64,000 nt of DNA from the NCBI GenBank assembly GCA_965238275.1, contig OZ250186.1, positions 1,984,001-2,048,000 of the forward strand, written 5' to 3'. The translations under genes were made by a program, and so were the position numbers. The DNA comes from Nitrosopumilus sp. (GTDB lineage Archaea; Thermoproteota; Nitrososphaeria; Nitrososphaerales; Nitrosopumilaceae). Positions 49,246-59,915 of the stretch are shown one piece after another (positions within the stretch are counted from its first letter, which is position 1; each line of letters opens with the position of its first letter). The notes beneath the pieces were generated by a model. That model worked only from the letters and a program-made list of their open reading frames with translations, had not been told where the DNA came from and did no database searches.

Positions 49246-49417
49246 GACGGCATCAAACCACGATGGATACGCACGCAGGCAGCGTGTGCCATGCACGATG
49301 CTCCAAACCCAGCGGTCTCAGGACTCATGCCCGTTCCTGGACGGGCACACGGACGTTTTAATTTCCAGAGGGAGTTATTGGCTCAAAATATCGGGGGAGT
49401 TTTGGTATGAATTTTTC

Positions 49418-49990
49418 ATTGTTGGTATAGATAACTGTGACGAGCTGCAAAAATTCATCATTCTGTCCGTCCATGTCAACGGCGAACCAATCAGGGGCAG
49501 AACAAAGATTCAGAAGATATTGTTCCTGTTGTCGGATGTAATCCAAGATATCAAGGATCAAAGCAGCTACGAGGCAGACAATTACGGCCCATACAGTGAA
49601 GTGGTTAACTCGGAACTCGAGTACCTAGAACAGATAGGTGTGCTGCTTTGTGGCAATGCAGAGATTTCAACAACCAATGTTGGTAGTGAAATAGCAGAAG
49701 AACTTGCAAAAACCGAGGACAAGGACACCATGGTTCTGCTGTCTGATTACAAGGCATTCCTCAACGATCTACCCACCAACGAAGTACTCGCATACGTCTA
49801 TTCCGCATATCCGGACATGACAATAGAGTCGGCGGTAGTTGATAAGATAAAGCCCAACATGGAGCGATATATGTTGTCTCTGGTAAAAAGACAAAAGATC
49901 AGTTCCCAACGCGCCGCTGAACTGCTGGTCAAGCCCCACAACCATGTAATTGAGCGGATGAATGAGGCTGGCATGACGGTACTGGAATAG
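49418..49990 (+). CDS. Putative antitoxin: YwgA/SocA-like wHTH fused to a UPF0175-like tail; start unclear
   Basis: GRTK.QK..FLL, Y....YGPYS..V...L and KIS..RAAELL motifs. No in-frame ATG/GTG/TTG near the domain start. Confidence 0.65.
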   Translation: MVGIDNCDELQKFIILSVHVNGEPIRGRTKIQKILFLLSDVIQDIKDQSSYEADNYGPYSEVVNSELEYLEQIGVLLCGNAEISTTNVGSEIAEELAKTEDKDTMVLLSDYKAFLNDLPTNEVLAYVYSAYPDMTIESAVVDKIKPNMERYMLSLVKRQKISSQRAAELLVKPHNHVIERMNEAGMTVLE

Positions 49991-49993
49991 ACA

Positions 49994-50206
49994 ATGAAGA
50001 CACTGGACTCCTCTACTGTAATTGCCAAGCCAGATCTGAAGATCCAGAACACCTTCAATGTAGAACAGCTGGCACTGGAAAGCATGAATCTGAAAAATGC
50101 CATCACAGGTTCTGAGCCAATCCTAAATTATCTGAGAGGAAAATCTAGCCTCAGAGAAGACGATGTTAAGATTTTAAAAAACGCCAAAATGAAGCAGAGA
50201 AGGTAA
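49994..50206 (+). pseudogene. Degraded PIN-like (DUF3368-like) toxin
   Basis: Begins MKTLDSSTVI, like the PIN first strand with its Asp, 3 bp after the antitoxin-like gene. Only 70 aa. Confidence 0.4.
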
Positions 50207-50366
50207 ACATACTATAGATGTCCCATAGTGCCACTCACAATTAATTCCCGATATTGAGCCGTCTATTCATGCATGCAAACAAATCAAGATTGAATCTTAC
50301 AGTCCTGATACTGCAAGACACTTTTTCATAACGTCAAGCGTGGGCATTCCAGGACACGGACCGGTT

Positions 50367-50645
50367 CTATTCGGCAGCAATCCTGTTTTTGTCATGCCGC
50401 CTCTTCTTGAGCAGGCTGTACATGATCATTCCGACATTAATGATGGAGACGATCTCAATCAGGTCCACCCCGTAGAGTAGCCAGTCCAAGACCGGATGTA
50501 CCCTTGAGATAATTCCTGCCTCCAGCATCAGGTCCGCGTTCCATACCATGTGCGGAATCTGAATAAACTGTATCAGGGCAATGATGATTATGCTTCCCAG
50601 AATCTTGTTCTCGTACCATTTCCAGAATTTGTTCCATGCGTTCAT
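50367..50645 (-). CDS. Small membrane protein
   Basis: Two hydrophobic segments with QIPH and YGVDL.EI motifs. Confidence 0.75.
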   Translation of the reverse strand: MNAWNKFWKWYENKILGSIIIIALIQFIQIPHMVWNADLMLEAGIISRVHPVLDWLLYGVDLIEIVSIINVGMIMYSLLKKRRHDKNRIAAE

Positions 50646-50717
50646 GCATCACTTTGGCTCCTGATTCTATTAAACGGTGTGAAAATTAGATTGTCCTAAC
50701 TTTACATGTGTTGGTTC

Positions 50718-51521
50718 TCAGCCGGTCCCGAGCGCCAGCGCGCCTTCCCTCTTGTGCCTGCTGTTCCGGTTCATCTCCCGGATTTTCTTGATTGCAGATT
50801 CGGGGATTCCAGTTATCGTATGTGTGTCGCCTGCTGACATTTTCTTCTCAAGCATGCAGTACAGGACCGAGTCGACCTCCTCGTATGTGACTCCCAGCTC
50901 GTCTTCTGCCTCGTGCCTCTTCCACAAATGAGGGCTGCTCTTCTTTTCGATGATGTCCGAGGGTACTCCGAGGTGTCTTGCAATCTGGCGTATCTGGAGC
51001 TTGTACAGGGAGATGATCGGCGTGATGTCTGAGGCGCCGTCGCCATGCTTTGTAAAGTATCCAATCTGGTACTCGCTTTTGTCGCTGGAGCCAAGCACAA
51101 GATAGTTCTTGGCGTTTGCATAGTAGTACAGTATGTTTGCCCGGATCCGTGCACGCAGGTTTCCCTGGGCTGCGGCATTGGGTTCAAGGTACATCGAGTA
51201 CTCGTGAACGATGGGCCGGATGTCGACGAGCTTGTACGGGATTCCAAGCAGCGAGATTATCCTCATGGCATCGCTGGTCTCGGATTCCGGGGTTACTGCA
51301 GTATCAGGCATGACGACTGCGATGGTGTTATCCCTGAGGCTGCTGCTGTTCCTGCCGCACAGGTATGCCAGGACCGCAGAGTCCACCCCCCCGCTGAGCC
51401 CGAATATCACCCCCTTTGCACGGTTCTGCTCAACCTGCTCGGAGAGGAGGCTCCCTATTGTCCGGGTAATCCCAGAATAGTCCTGATCCTTGATCTCCTT
51501 TAGTATGTCCGGATTCAACAA
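50718..51521 (-). CDS. nadE: NH3-dependent NAD+ synthetase
   Basis: GLSGGVDS, GN..AR.R, GYFTK.GDG and E.ELG..Y motifs. Confidence 0.94.
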   Translation of the reverse strand: MLNPDILKEIKDQDYSGITRTIGSLLSEQVEQNRAKGVIFGLSGGVDSAVLAYLCGRNSSSLRDNTIAVVMPDTAVTPESETSDAMRIISLLGIPYKLVDIRPIVHEYSMYLEPNAAAQGNLRARIRANILYYYANAKNYLVLGSSDKSEYQIGYFTKHGDGASDITPIISLYKLQIRQIARHLGVPSDIIEKKSSPHLWKRHEAEDELGVTYEEVDSVLYCMLEKKMSAGDTHTITGIPESAIKKIREMNRNSRHKREGALALGTG

Positions 51522-51601
51522 GTATGCTAGACGGCCTGTAAGAATAAATCTTGTGCAGTCACCGCGGGCATGCCAGCTGCTGCCTTGTCCAGGACGACGC
51601 C

Positions 51602-51904
51602 TCAGGCGTCTACGTATATGCCGTCGTCTCGGACCTCTACAGGGTACGTCCTCAGCTTGACATCCTTGAGATAGTCCATAAGATCCCCTGTCTTGATGTT
51701 GTAGTGCCAAAAGTGCAGCGGGCATTCCACGATGTCGCCGTCAAGTTTTCCCAGCGCGATCGAGCCGTCTTGGTGGACGCACAGGTTATCCATTGCATGG
51801 TACCCGTCCTGGTTGAATATGGCAATCTTTCTTCCGTCCATGTTAAACGCCCTGCCGCTTCCGGGATTCACGGCGCCCTTGAGTGCGATCTTTTTCCAAG
51901 CCAA
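51602..51904 (-). CDS. Rieske [2Fe-2S] ferredoxin
   Basis: CVH...CPLH motifs. Confidence 0.92.
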   Translation of the reverse strand: MAWKKIALKGAVNPGSGRAFNMDGRKIAIFNQDGYHAMDNLCVHQDGSIALGKLDGDIVECPLHFWHYNIKTGDLMDYLKDVKLRTYPVEVRDDGIYVDA

Positions 51905-52066
51905 TGGTTTTAGGGTTTTATTGGCATTTATTTAGATTCGTATGAGGGGGTACCCCGAATATGAGGCATTGCCGTTTTTGGGATTGGAATGGTGCAATGC
52001 ATAGATCATATCTCCGGACGGTTGCCAGTACGGATCTTCGTGTATGTTGTTGTGCCCAGCCTATTA

Positions 52067-53308
52067 CTACCAGCTGCTTGCGTATCTCTTCTGCTCGGGG
52101 GTAAGCCTGTCAATCCCCACATCCATGGCCTTGAGTGCGTCAACTGCCACCTGCCTGTCAATCTTGGCAGGAACGTTGGTTATCTTGTTTTCCATGGTGC
52201 CGTGGTTTTCAAGGATGTGCATGATGGAGAGGATCTGGTTTGAGAAGGACTGCGCCATGACCTCAGGGGGATGGCCCTCTGCGGCAACCAGGTTTGCAAG
52301 ACGGCCCTGCCCGACAAGATACACCTTCTTTCCATTACCCAGCGTGCACTCGTCAAGGTTTGGCCGCACCTCCCGGACGGATTCAGACTCGTTTAGGAGA
52401 AACTTGCAGTCAATCTCGACATCAAAGTGGCCCACGTTGCCCAGGATTGCACCGTCGCGCATCCTGAGGATGTGCTCCTTTCTTATCACGCTGGTCATTC
52501 CTGTACAGGTTATGAAGATGTCCCCGATTCTTGCAGCCTTTGCCATCGGCATCACCTCGAATCCGTCCATGTGTGCCTCCAGGGCCTTGACGGGATCAAC
52601 TTCGGTAACTATCACCTTGCATCCCATGCCCCGGCACCTTGCAGAGACGCCCTTGCCTACCCAGCCATACCCCACGACGACGGCACGCTTTGATGCCATG
52701 AGCAGGTTCATGGCACGCAGGTAACCGTCGATGGTGCTCTGTCCGGTGCCATACCGGTTATCAAACATGTGCTTGGTGTGCGCCTCGTTTACCAGTATTA
52801 CGGGATACCGCAGCTTGCCCTGGTTCTCCACTGCGCGTATTCGGGTCACCCCGGCAGTGGTCTCTTCGGTTGCCCCGATAATCTTCATGCTGCTGAACCT
52901 CTTATCAAAGTGCGCCTTGATGTTCATGTCGGCACCGTCGTCAGTCAGGATGACCGGCTTGTGTTTTAGCACCTGGTCTATGCACCAGTCGTACTCCTTG
53001 ACAGACTGCCCGTTCCAGGCATACACGTGAATTCCCTGAGATGCCAGAAATGCGGCAACGTCGTCCTGCGTGGTCAGCGGATTCCCGCCGCAGCAGGCAA
53101 CGGTCGCGCCAAGCTCCTTGGCGCCCATGAGCAGGACCGATGTCTCCTTTGTGATGTGCAGGCAGAACCCGATGGTTATGCCCTCAAGGGGCTTTGAGGG
53201 CCTGAGCCTGTCAATGGTGTTGTTTAGAATCTGCATGTGCGACTTTGCCCATTCATAGGATCGCTTCCCGTCGCTGATCATCTTCTTGCTGGTCTTTACC
53301 TTGCTCAA
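52067..53308 (-). CDS. ahcY: S-adenosylhomocysteine hydrolase
   Basis: DDGAD, EETT.G, FDNRYGTGQS, GYGWVGKG, GHFDVE and GHP.EVM..SF motifs. Confidence 0.96.
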   Translation of the reverse strand: MSKVKTSKKMISDGKRSYEWAKSHMQILNNTIDRLRPSKPLEGITIGFCLHITKETSVLLMGAKELGATVACCGGNPLTTQDDVAAFLASQGIHVYAWNGQSVKEYDWCIDQVLKHKPVILTDDGADMNIKAHFDKRFSSMKIIGATEETTAGVTRIRAVENQGKLRYPVILVNEAHTKHMFDNRYGTGQSTIDGYLRAMNLLMASKRAVVVGYGWVGKGVSARCRGMGCKVIVTEVDPVKALEAHMDGFEVMPMAKAARIGDIFITCTGMTSVIRKEHILRMRDGAILGNVGHFDVEIDCKFLLNESESVREVRPNLDECTLGNGKKVYLVGQGRLANLVAAEGHPPEVMAQSFSNQILSIMHILENHGTMENKITNVPAKIDRQVAVDALKAMDVGIDRLTPEQKRYASSW

Positions 53309-53522
53309 CGACGAAACCTCCTGACCGGAATATAAAATCCTATCAAAGACTGGCCCGGCATGGTCTGGTTGATTCTGCAAATAGCCTGTCTTGCTGTGGG
53401 CGGCGGCCTGAACCGGCACACGCAGGCTCAGCCGTCAGATAACAGTGTACGGCACCAAGAAAAACACCCGGATGACAACATCAGGCGCACCGGTCACACG
53501 AAAATTCCATGGCATGGTATGG

Positions 53523-54734
53523 TTATTTTTTTGTGGCACTGACCAGGGATATCACGTCCCGGTCCCTCAGTTGGTAGTCTGTGGGAAGTCTCAGGTTGTA
53601 TCTGAGATCGTTTGCGTACAGCAGCCCCTTGGTCAGGTCCGTGTGAATCTCCCTTGCAAGATCCCGGACAGTCGAGCCGTCCTTTAGCAGGATTAGATCA
53701 GGCAGGATCCTGCCCTTCCCGTCAGAGAGGTTCTTTGCATCGGCCACGGGATATATCGAGTTCATCTTGAGCAGTTTGAAGACTGCCACGTTTATTGCAA
53801 ACTGGACCCCGGTCTGCATGTACTCGCCCATGATCCCCCTTTTGATGATGTCCAGGGCCCCGATCTGCTTCTCCGTGAGATCCTCAGGCCGGATTATCTC
53901 AAACTGCTCGGAGCCCGGGGAGTATCTTATCATGCCCTTTTGCTCTGCGCGCCTGAGGCTGAACTCGCTGTCGCCGCTTACCGGAATCACTATGGAATCA
54001 ACATACCTCTCCCTAAGCCGTACAAAGTTCTTGTCTGCGCCTTCAACGTCGATCTTGTTTGCCACAATCAGCGTGGGCTTTGAGATTTTTCTGAGAACCG
54101 CCACAAACTGCTTGCTCTCAGTCATGTCAAAATCATCAAACGGCTTGTCCCCGAGTTTGGTCTCTGCCAGCGCGGCCAGGACGTGTGCCCTTTTGACCCC
54201 GATGCCGCGGTAGAGATCGGTGATCGTGGTGGCAGTATCGGCACCGTCGTTGATCAGTTTTGAGACCTTGCCCCGGTTTCCCTCCAGAATCTTGTGGTAC
54301 CACATGAGCAGCTCCTCTTCAATGTCTGCAAAGTCAGAGATTGGATCGCCTGTCCCGACGCTGGTGATTCTTCCGGCAGAGTCGATTCCTCCGGAGGCAT
54401 CGACTACGTGAAGCAGTGCGTCAGACTGGGCTGCGACTGACAGGAAACGGTTCCCAAGGCCCTTTCCCCTCCACGCATCCTTGATCAGGCCCGGCAGGTC
54501 TATGAGTTCAATCGGGATGTATCTCCACCCGTCAACGCACTTTGAGTTGTTTGGGTTGTCCTGGACTTGGAACTCCGGATGCACGCACAGCGACACTGCG
54601 TGTCCTGTTCCGGAGACGGGGGACTTTGTGGTGAACGGGTACGATGAGATCTTTTCAGAGGAGATGGTGGCAGAGTTGAAGAACGTGGTCTTGCCGGTAT
54701 TTGTCTTTCCTACAAGGCCTATCTTGAGGGTCAT
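53523..54734 (-). CDS. ychF: YchF/OLA1-family ATPase (Obg family, TGS domain)
   Basis: GK.N.GKTTFF, YPFTT, DLPGL, G.GLGN.FL and ANK.D motifs. Confidence 0.92.
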   Translation of the reverse strand: MTLKIGLVGKTNTGKTTFFNSATISSEKISSYPFTTKSPVSGTGHAVSLCVHPEFQVQDNPNNSKCVDGWRYIPIELIDLPGLIKDAWRGKGLGNRFLSVAAQSDALLHVVDASGGIDSAGRITSVGTGDPISDFADIEEELLMWYHKILEGNRGKVSKLINDGADTATTITDLYRGIGVKRAHVLAALAETKLGDKPFDDFDMTESKQFVAVLRKISKPTLIVANKIDVEGADKNFVRLRERYVDSIVIPVSGDSEFSLRRAEQKGMIRYSPGSEQFEIIRPEDLTEKQIGALDIIKRGIMGEYMQTGVQFAINVAVFKLLKMNSIYPVADAKNLSDGKGRILPDLILLKDGSTVRDLAREIHTDLTKGLLYANDLRYNLRLPTDYQLRDRDVISLVSATKK

Positions 54735-54788
54735 GTAATGGTTGCAGCCTCAGAATATTTATAATGTTAGAGTCGCGGCGAAGGCTGC

Positions 54789-55166
54789 TCAGTCATGGCA
54801 GTCAGCATGTGCGGATTTCTTGATTCTTTCAATGGAGTCGCTGATGTTTCTCAGCGCCCAGTCAATCTCGGAGAGATCCTCAGGGGACAGGGAGTCGTGC
54901 CATTTCTCCAGGATTGGGTCTGCAATGTCAGAACAGCCTGACAGCACCTGCCAGTACGGATGGTGCTCGGCAGTGGCATGTGCGAGTTCTGCCACGTCGG
55001 ACAGGCCGGCCTTTGCCCTTGCAATCGGGGTGATCCTCTGATCGAGTATCCTGATGATGCCAGAGTCGGCGTCCCCCTCAATCTTCAGATGGAGGCCATG
55101 CCGCTCATGCCTCTCTGCCAGATTAATCAGATCGTCGTAAAAGTCCTCAAGGCTGCTGCCGGTCAT
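54789..55166 (-). CDS. Conserved hypothetical protein
   Basis: ATGA overlap with the upstream CoA-binding gene; AEHHPYW motif. Confidence 0.75.
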   Translation of the reverse strand: MTGSSLEDFYDDLINLAERHERHGLHLKIEGDADSGIIRILDQRITPIARAKAGLSDVAELAHATAEHHPYWQVLSGCSDIADPILEKWHDSLSPEDLSEIDWALRNISDSIERIKKSAHADCHD

Positions 55167-55576
55167 GACAGCAGCCTCCTGTGTTCTGCCAGCATGCACC
55201 TGTTAAAGACGATTGGGATTCCCTCCCTTGCAGCCAGGTCCTCGGCATCCTGGTTGTGTATTCCCTCCTGCAGCCAGATTACCTTGGGCCTCTTTTGGAT
55301 GGCCTCCTGCACAAACGGTATCACCTGATCAGAGGGGCGGAATATCTCTATAACGTCAACATCGTTTTGTATCTCCAGGACAGAACCGTACGCCCTGCGT
55401 CCCATGATTTCATCTGCTGCAGGATTAACCGGAATCACGTCATAACCATTCTCCGAGAGGTATCTGGGCACGTAGTGTGCGGCCTTTGCAGGGTCCCTGG
55501 ACATGCCGATTACGGCCACGCGCCTCAATGAAAGGATGTCGCGAATCTGCCCGTCAGTATGCGTGTCGGTTTTCAT
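55163..55576 (-). CDS. CoA-binding protein (YccU-like)
   Basis: AVIG.S.DP, GY.VIPVNP, IFRP, WLQEG and NRC motifs. Confidence 0.92.
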   Translation of the reverse strand: MKTDTHTDGQIRDILSLRRVAVIGMSRDPAKAAHYVPRYLSENGYDVIPVNPAADEIMGRRAYGSVLEIQNDVDVIEIFRPSDQVIPFVQEAIQKRPKVIWLQEGIHNQDAEDLAAREGIPIVFNRCMLAEHRRLLS

Positions 55577-55770
55577 GATATGGGTCAGGGCATGCAGAAT
55601 ATAATTTGAATTATCGGGCATCCGGATGATTCTTGCACATCCGGTTATTGTGGCGGCGTCATCTTCAGTCAGAATGCCTGGCAGATTCAGTCATTCCAGA
55701 CATGATCCGGGCATTCCCAGGTATGATGAGGGTACAAAGGATTTTTTAATGACACGCATTTGACCTAGTC

Positions 55771-56301
55771 ATGGAAGAAGAACCGAATGACATGATGGTT
55801 TTGGGCGCCATAATGCGCGGCACGAAAAAATTTCAAAAGATACAAAAATCCACAAAGATCGACCCCGAGGAGCTCGAATCAATCCTGGAAAAGCTAGAGG
55901 AGCGCAGATTCATCCAGATAGTGGATAAGAAGGGATGGATGGGAAGGAAGGTCGAGATATTCGTCACAGAAGAGGGGGCAAAGGAGGTTGACGAGCGCAT
56001 CCATGAGCTCCAGTCAAAATGGGGCCAGATGTCGGCAGTCTACAAGACAGGAAACAAGGAAAAGATGAAGAGATGCATGGATGACAATAGATCATTCCTG
56101 CCCATGATGATGTTCTTTGGAATCATGGACATTATGATGTTTAGCATGATGTTTAACATGATGGGCATGACAATGACAGACTATGTCCCTGCAGAAAGCA
56201 TGCCAGAGGGCATGGAGGGCGCCGGCATGGATGATGCGGGAGCCGACGCGGGCATGGACGGGGACATGGGCGGCGGATTTGACTTTGACGTCGGATTTTA
56301 G
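55771..56301 (+). CDS. Winged-helix protein with a Met/Gly/Asp-rich C-terminal tail
   Basis: MarR-like L..LE.....I....T..G pattern and a Met-rich tail. Confidence 0.8.
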   Translation: MEEEPNDMMVLGAIMRGTKKFQKIQKSTKIDPEELESILEKLEERRFIQIVDKKGWMGRKVEIFVTEEGAKEVDERIHELQSKWGQMSAVYKTGNKEKMKRCMDDNRSFLPMMMFFGIMDIMMFSMMFNMMGMTMTDYVPAESMPEGMEGAGMDDAGADAGMDGDMGGGFDFDVGF

Positions 56302-56337
56302 GCGGCATTTTATACGGGAACCAAAGATCACCCGTAA

Positions 56338-57345
56338 TTGAACTACAACTCCTTTGAGAATCCGGGACTGGTAAAGGTTCTCAGGTTCCTGCAGGCACAC
56401 AGCGACGAATACCTGTCAGGGCAGGACCTGAGCGACGTGCTGAGGATCAGCAGGGTGGCAGTATGGAAGCACATCAGGAAGATCCGGGAACTGGGTTACT
56501 CTGTAGAATCAAGACAAAAGCTTGGATACAGGCTCTTGGCAGACTCTGACAGACTGCTGCCGTGGGAGGTTACCTCAGGACTGAAGACTGATGTCATCGG
56601 GCAGAGGGCATACTACTTTGAATCCACAGACTCCACCCAGGCGCAGTCCCTAAGGCTTGCAGCGGATCCTGCAAACAACGGGGCCATAGTAACTGCGGCA
56701 AGGCAGACTGACGGAAGGGGAAGGAGCGGGAGGAGGTGGATCTCGCAGGATGGCGGGATCTGGTTTTCAGTCATACTGCAGCCGGAATTTGAGATCTCGG
56801 ATGCCACGCTGTTTCCAATTGCGTCATCAGTCGCCCTCTCAGAGGCAATAGAGAAGACGTTTGGAATTTCTCCGGAGTTGAAATGGCCAAACGACCTGAC
56901 CATTAACGGCAAAAAGGTTGCAGGGATGCTAGTCGATGCGTCGATGGAGTCAAACAGGATCCAAAACATGATCCTCGGGGTGGGGATAAACTTCGATGTC
57001 GATACCGGCAGAATAGAGGATGCGCTAAAGGACAGCCCGGGATTCTACGGTGCATCGTCGCTGAGCCACGACGGGGAAAAAAAGGTCAGGCCGGTGCAGC
57101 TGGTCCAGGCATTCCTGATTGCGCTGGAAAGAGTCTGCAACGAACTGGGTGCAGGGCGTGCAGAAAGGATAGTTTCAGAATGGACGGGGAGATCATCTAC
57201 CATCGGGAGGCATGTGGAACTGGATGCGCCGGACGGAAGAATCAGCGGGAGGGCCGTAAGGATTGACACGGATGGCGCCCTGGTGGTCCTGCAGAGTGGC
57301 GTATCACACAGGATCATAGCAGGGGACATAACAAGTTCGTCCTGA
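56338..57345 (+). CDS. birA: Bifunctional biotin protein ligase/repressor
   Basis: N-terminal HTH (SR.AVWKHI), DST, GRGR.GR.W, KWPND and K.AG motifs. Confidence 0.95.
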   Translation: MNYNSFENPGLVKVLRFLQAHSDEYLSGQDLSDVLRISRVAVWKHIRKIRELGYSVESRQKLGYRLLADSDRLLPWEVTSGLKTDVIGQRAYYFESTDSTQAQSLRLAADPANNGAIVTAARQTDGRGRSGRRWISQDGGIWFSVILQPEFEISDATLFPIASSVALSEAIEKTFGISPELKWPNDLTINGKKVAGMLVDASMESNRIQNMILGVGINFDVDTGRIEDALKDSPGFYGASSLSHDGEKKVRPVQLVQAFLIALERVCNELGAGRAERIVSEWTGRSSTIGRHVELDAPDGRISGRAVRIDTDGALVVLQSGVSHRIIAGDITSSS

Positions 57346-57617
57346 TTATCATGTGCGGCACATTGAACGCGGGGCGTCTTGGATGGCAGCCGGCCCAGCC
57401 GGAACGGACTGCCCCGGGGATCCGGCCACGTCAATCGCATCATGCGCCGTCGCGCGCATGCCGCACTTGTGAGAAGGGCATTGCAGTGATTCATGTGGGC
57501 GCTGGCATCTGCCGCAGCCGCAGTCGTTCTGGCAGACAACCATGTCCGGTTTTTGGAACGGCCCGAGTGTCCCCATGAAGAGATCGATTTATTATAAGCC
57601 ATACACATGGGGAGCTT

Positions 57618-58196
57618 ATGCAATCAAATTCCCCCAATGATATTACAGACCGCTACAAGCATTTGTCGCTGTTTTGGACCGACATCCTACACCTGATGTC
57701 AGGCAAGCCACATGCGCTTACCTCCGTGGGTCCGATGAGGGCGTTTGCTACAAACTCAAAAAAAATCTCCACGGAGATGATTGAGATTAACGAGGACCTG
57801 ATGGAATTCAACAAGTACCTTGCAGAATACTATGAACAGCTCATGGAGACGTGGAATACTGCCCAGAAAAAGGTCAACCAGAAGGCGCTGAAGATTCCCC
57901 GGGATACAGAACAGGCAGAGGCCCTCAAAAGGGCATGGATAAACATCTTTGACAATGACTTTACGGAGCTGTTTGATTCTGCAAAATTCGGGGAAAATTA
58001 CGGAATGCTAGTCTCCAAGGAGCTAGAGCTGGCAAAGCACTGGAATGTCATAGTCAGCACCATCCTAAAGTCTGCAAACATTCCAAGCAAGGAGGAGATG
58101 GACGAGATATACAAGGAGGTTCACTCTCTTAAAAAACGAATTAGCAGGCTGGAGATGGAGCTAAAAAAGGCGGGAATGAGAAAAAATGCAAAGTAG
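57618..58196 (+). CDS. phaE: Class III PHA synthase subunit PhaE
   Basis: W.......F..LF.S..F and P...E.DE.YK....LKKR pattern; overlaps phaC. Confidence 0.85.
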   Translation: MQSNSPNDITDRYKHLSLFWTDILHLMSGKPHALTSVGPMRAFATNSKKISTEMIEINEDLMEFNKYLAEYYEQLMETWNTAQKKVNQKALKIPRDTEQAEALKRAWINIFDNDFTELFDSAKFGENYGMLVSKELELAKHWNVIVSTILKSANIPSKEEMDEIYKEVHSLKKRISRLEMELKKAGMRKNAK

Positions 58197-59250
58197 TCCC
58201 AGGCTGGATCCCAGAATAATAGAGGAGATGATCAGGTTCGGCGAGAACGTGGTCAAGGCGCCAAGGATGGTCGCAGCGCCAGACGAGATCAACATGGAGG
58301 TAACCCCGCACAGCGTGGTGCAGAAGATCGACAAGACAAGGTTGCTGCGCTACAAGCCCCTTACAGACAGGCAGCACAGGACGCCGTTGCTCATATCGTA
58401 TGCCCTGATCAACAGGTTTCACATACTGGACATCCATCCCCAAAAGAGCTGGATACGAAACCTGCTGCTGCAGGGGTTTGACGTATACGTGCTGGACTGG
58501 GGAACGCCGACCAACATGGACAAGTATCTTGATTTTGACGACTATGTAAACGGGTATCTGGATTATTACGTAGAGTACATCAAAAACGAGTCAGCAGTCG
58601 AAAAGATCTCCCTTCAGGGGTATTGCACAGGCGCCACCATCACCACGGTATACGCAGCGCTGCACCCGGAGAATGTAAAGAACTACGTATCAACGGCGCC
58701 TGTCATTGACGGATGGCACGACACCACCGTAATCAGCAATCTTGCAAAGCACATGGATGTGGACAAGATGGTAGAGACTATTGGAAACATGCCCCCGGAG
58801 TTCATGTACTACTGCTTTTCGGTGCTCAAGCCGTTTGAGCAGGGACTGGAAAAATATGTCAACTTTTTCAAAAACATAGACGACAAAAAATTTGTCGACG
58901 GCTTTCTCAGAATCGAGCGGTGGTTAAGCGACACGCCGCCGATTCCAGGCGAGCTGTTCAGGCAGTGGATCAAAAACATCTACCAGGACAACCTGCTAAT
59001 CCAGAACAAGATGTACGTGGGCGGGGACCACATAAATCTGAAGAACATAGACATGCCTGCATTCACCCAGATAGCAGTCGGGGATCATCTGGTGTCCCCG
59101 GAGTGCAGCATGCCGCTGCACTACGCCATCGGAAGCCAGGACAAGACGATGAGGATATACCCGTCAGGCCACGTTGGAATGATCGCCAGCTCCCTGTCGC
59201 AAAAAAGGGTGCTGCCCGAGCTGGGGCAGTGGCTTGCCGAGAGATCATAG
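58186..59250 (+). CDS. phaC: Class III PHA synthase subunit PhaC
   Basis: PLL..YALINR..ILD, DWG.P, lipase-like box GYCTG, DHLV and GHVG (Cys-Asp-His triad). Confidence 0.93.
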   Translation: MQSSPRLDPRIIEEMIRFGENVVKAPRMVAAPDEINMEVTPHSVVQKIDKTRLLRYKPLTDRQHRTPLLISYALINRFHILDIHPQKSWIRNLLLQGFDVYVLDWGTPTNMDKYLDFDDYVNGYLDYYVEYIKNESAVEKISLQGYCTGATITTVYAALHPENVKNYVSTAPVIDGWHDTTVISNLAKHMDVDKMVETIGNMPPEFMYYCFSVLKPFEQGLEKYVNFFKNIDDKKFVDGFLRIERWLSDTPPIPGELFRQWIKNIYQDNLLIQNKMYVGGDHINLKNIDMPAFTQIAVGDHLVSPECSMPLHYAIGSQDKTMRIYPSGHVGMIASSLSQKRVLPELGQWLAERS

Positions 59251-59490
59251 GCCGTGTGCACGAAAGTCTGCAGGATCATGACTGCGCCCGTCAGATGCCG
59301 TGTGATTCGCCTCCAAGGATAATGCGTGCCAGGACCTGGCAGCAGCAGCCCCGTCATTCCCGAAGGGATTGGACAAGAACCAAGCCCGGGCGGGCAGGCA
59401 GGCAGGCAGGCAGGACGTCAGAAAAGGACGGCAGTCCGCGCATCACATTCACAACGACAGACATATTACGTATTCAATGAAAATCATGGC

Positions 59491-59910
59491 ATGAAGGATG
59501 TTAGCAAACTGCTGGTCCCCCTTGACGGATCAGAAAACTCCATGAGGGGCCTGGAGATGGCAATTGTCCTTGCCAAACAGTGCAACGCATCCATTACATC
59601 GGTGCATTCCATACACACCCAGTCACACTCGTCGTTTCAAAGCATGCACGTGAATACTGAGGGTACAGACGAGTACATACAGAAAGTGATGGAAAAGGCC
59701 GAACACAACGTGACAGAGAAGGGGATCAAGTTTGACTACAAAGTGCTAAACGGCGACATAGGATACAACATAATCAAGTTTGCCCAGGAGAACGCCTTTG
59801 ATATGATCGTAATGGGTTCGCGCGGAAGGCACGGCATAAAGATGCTGTTTGGGAGCGTGACAAACTCTGTCCTGCAGTCCTCAAAGATTCCCGTGCTTGT
59901 CGTAAAGTAG
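59491..59910 (+). CDS. Universal stress protein
   Basis: LVPLDGS, IVMGSRG, GSVT and PVLVVK motifs. Confidence 0.93.
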   Translation: MKDVSKLLVPLDGSENSMRGLEMAIVLAKQCNASITSVHSIHTQSHSSFQSMHVNTEGTDEYIQKVMEKAEHNVTEKGIKFDYKVLNGDIGYNIIKFAQENAFDMIVMGSRGRHGIKMLFGSVTNSVLQSSKIPVLVVK

Positions 59911-59915
59911 TTCTT

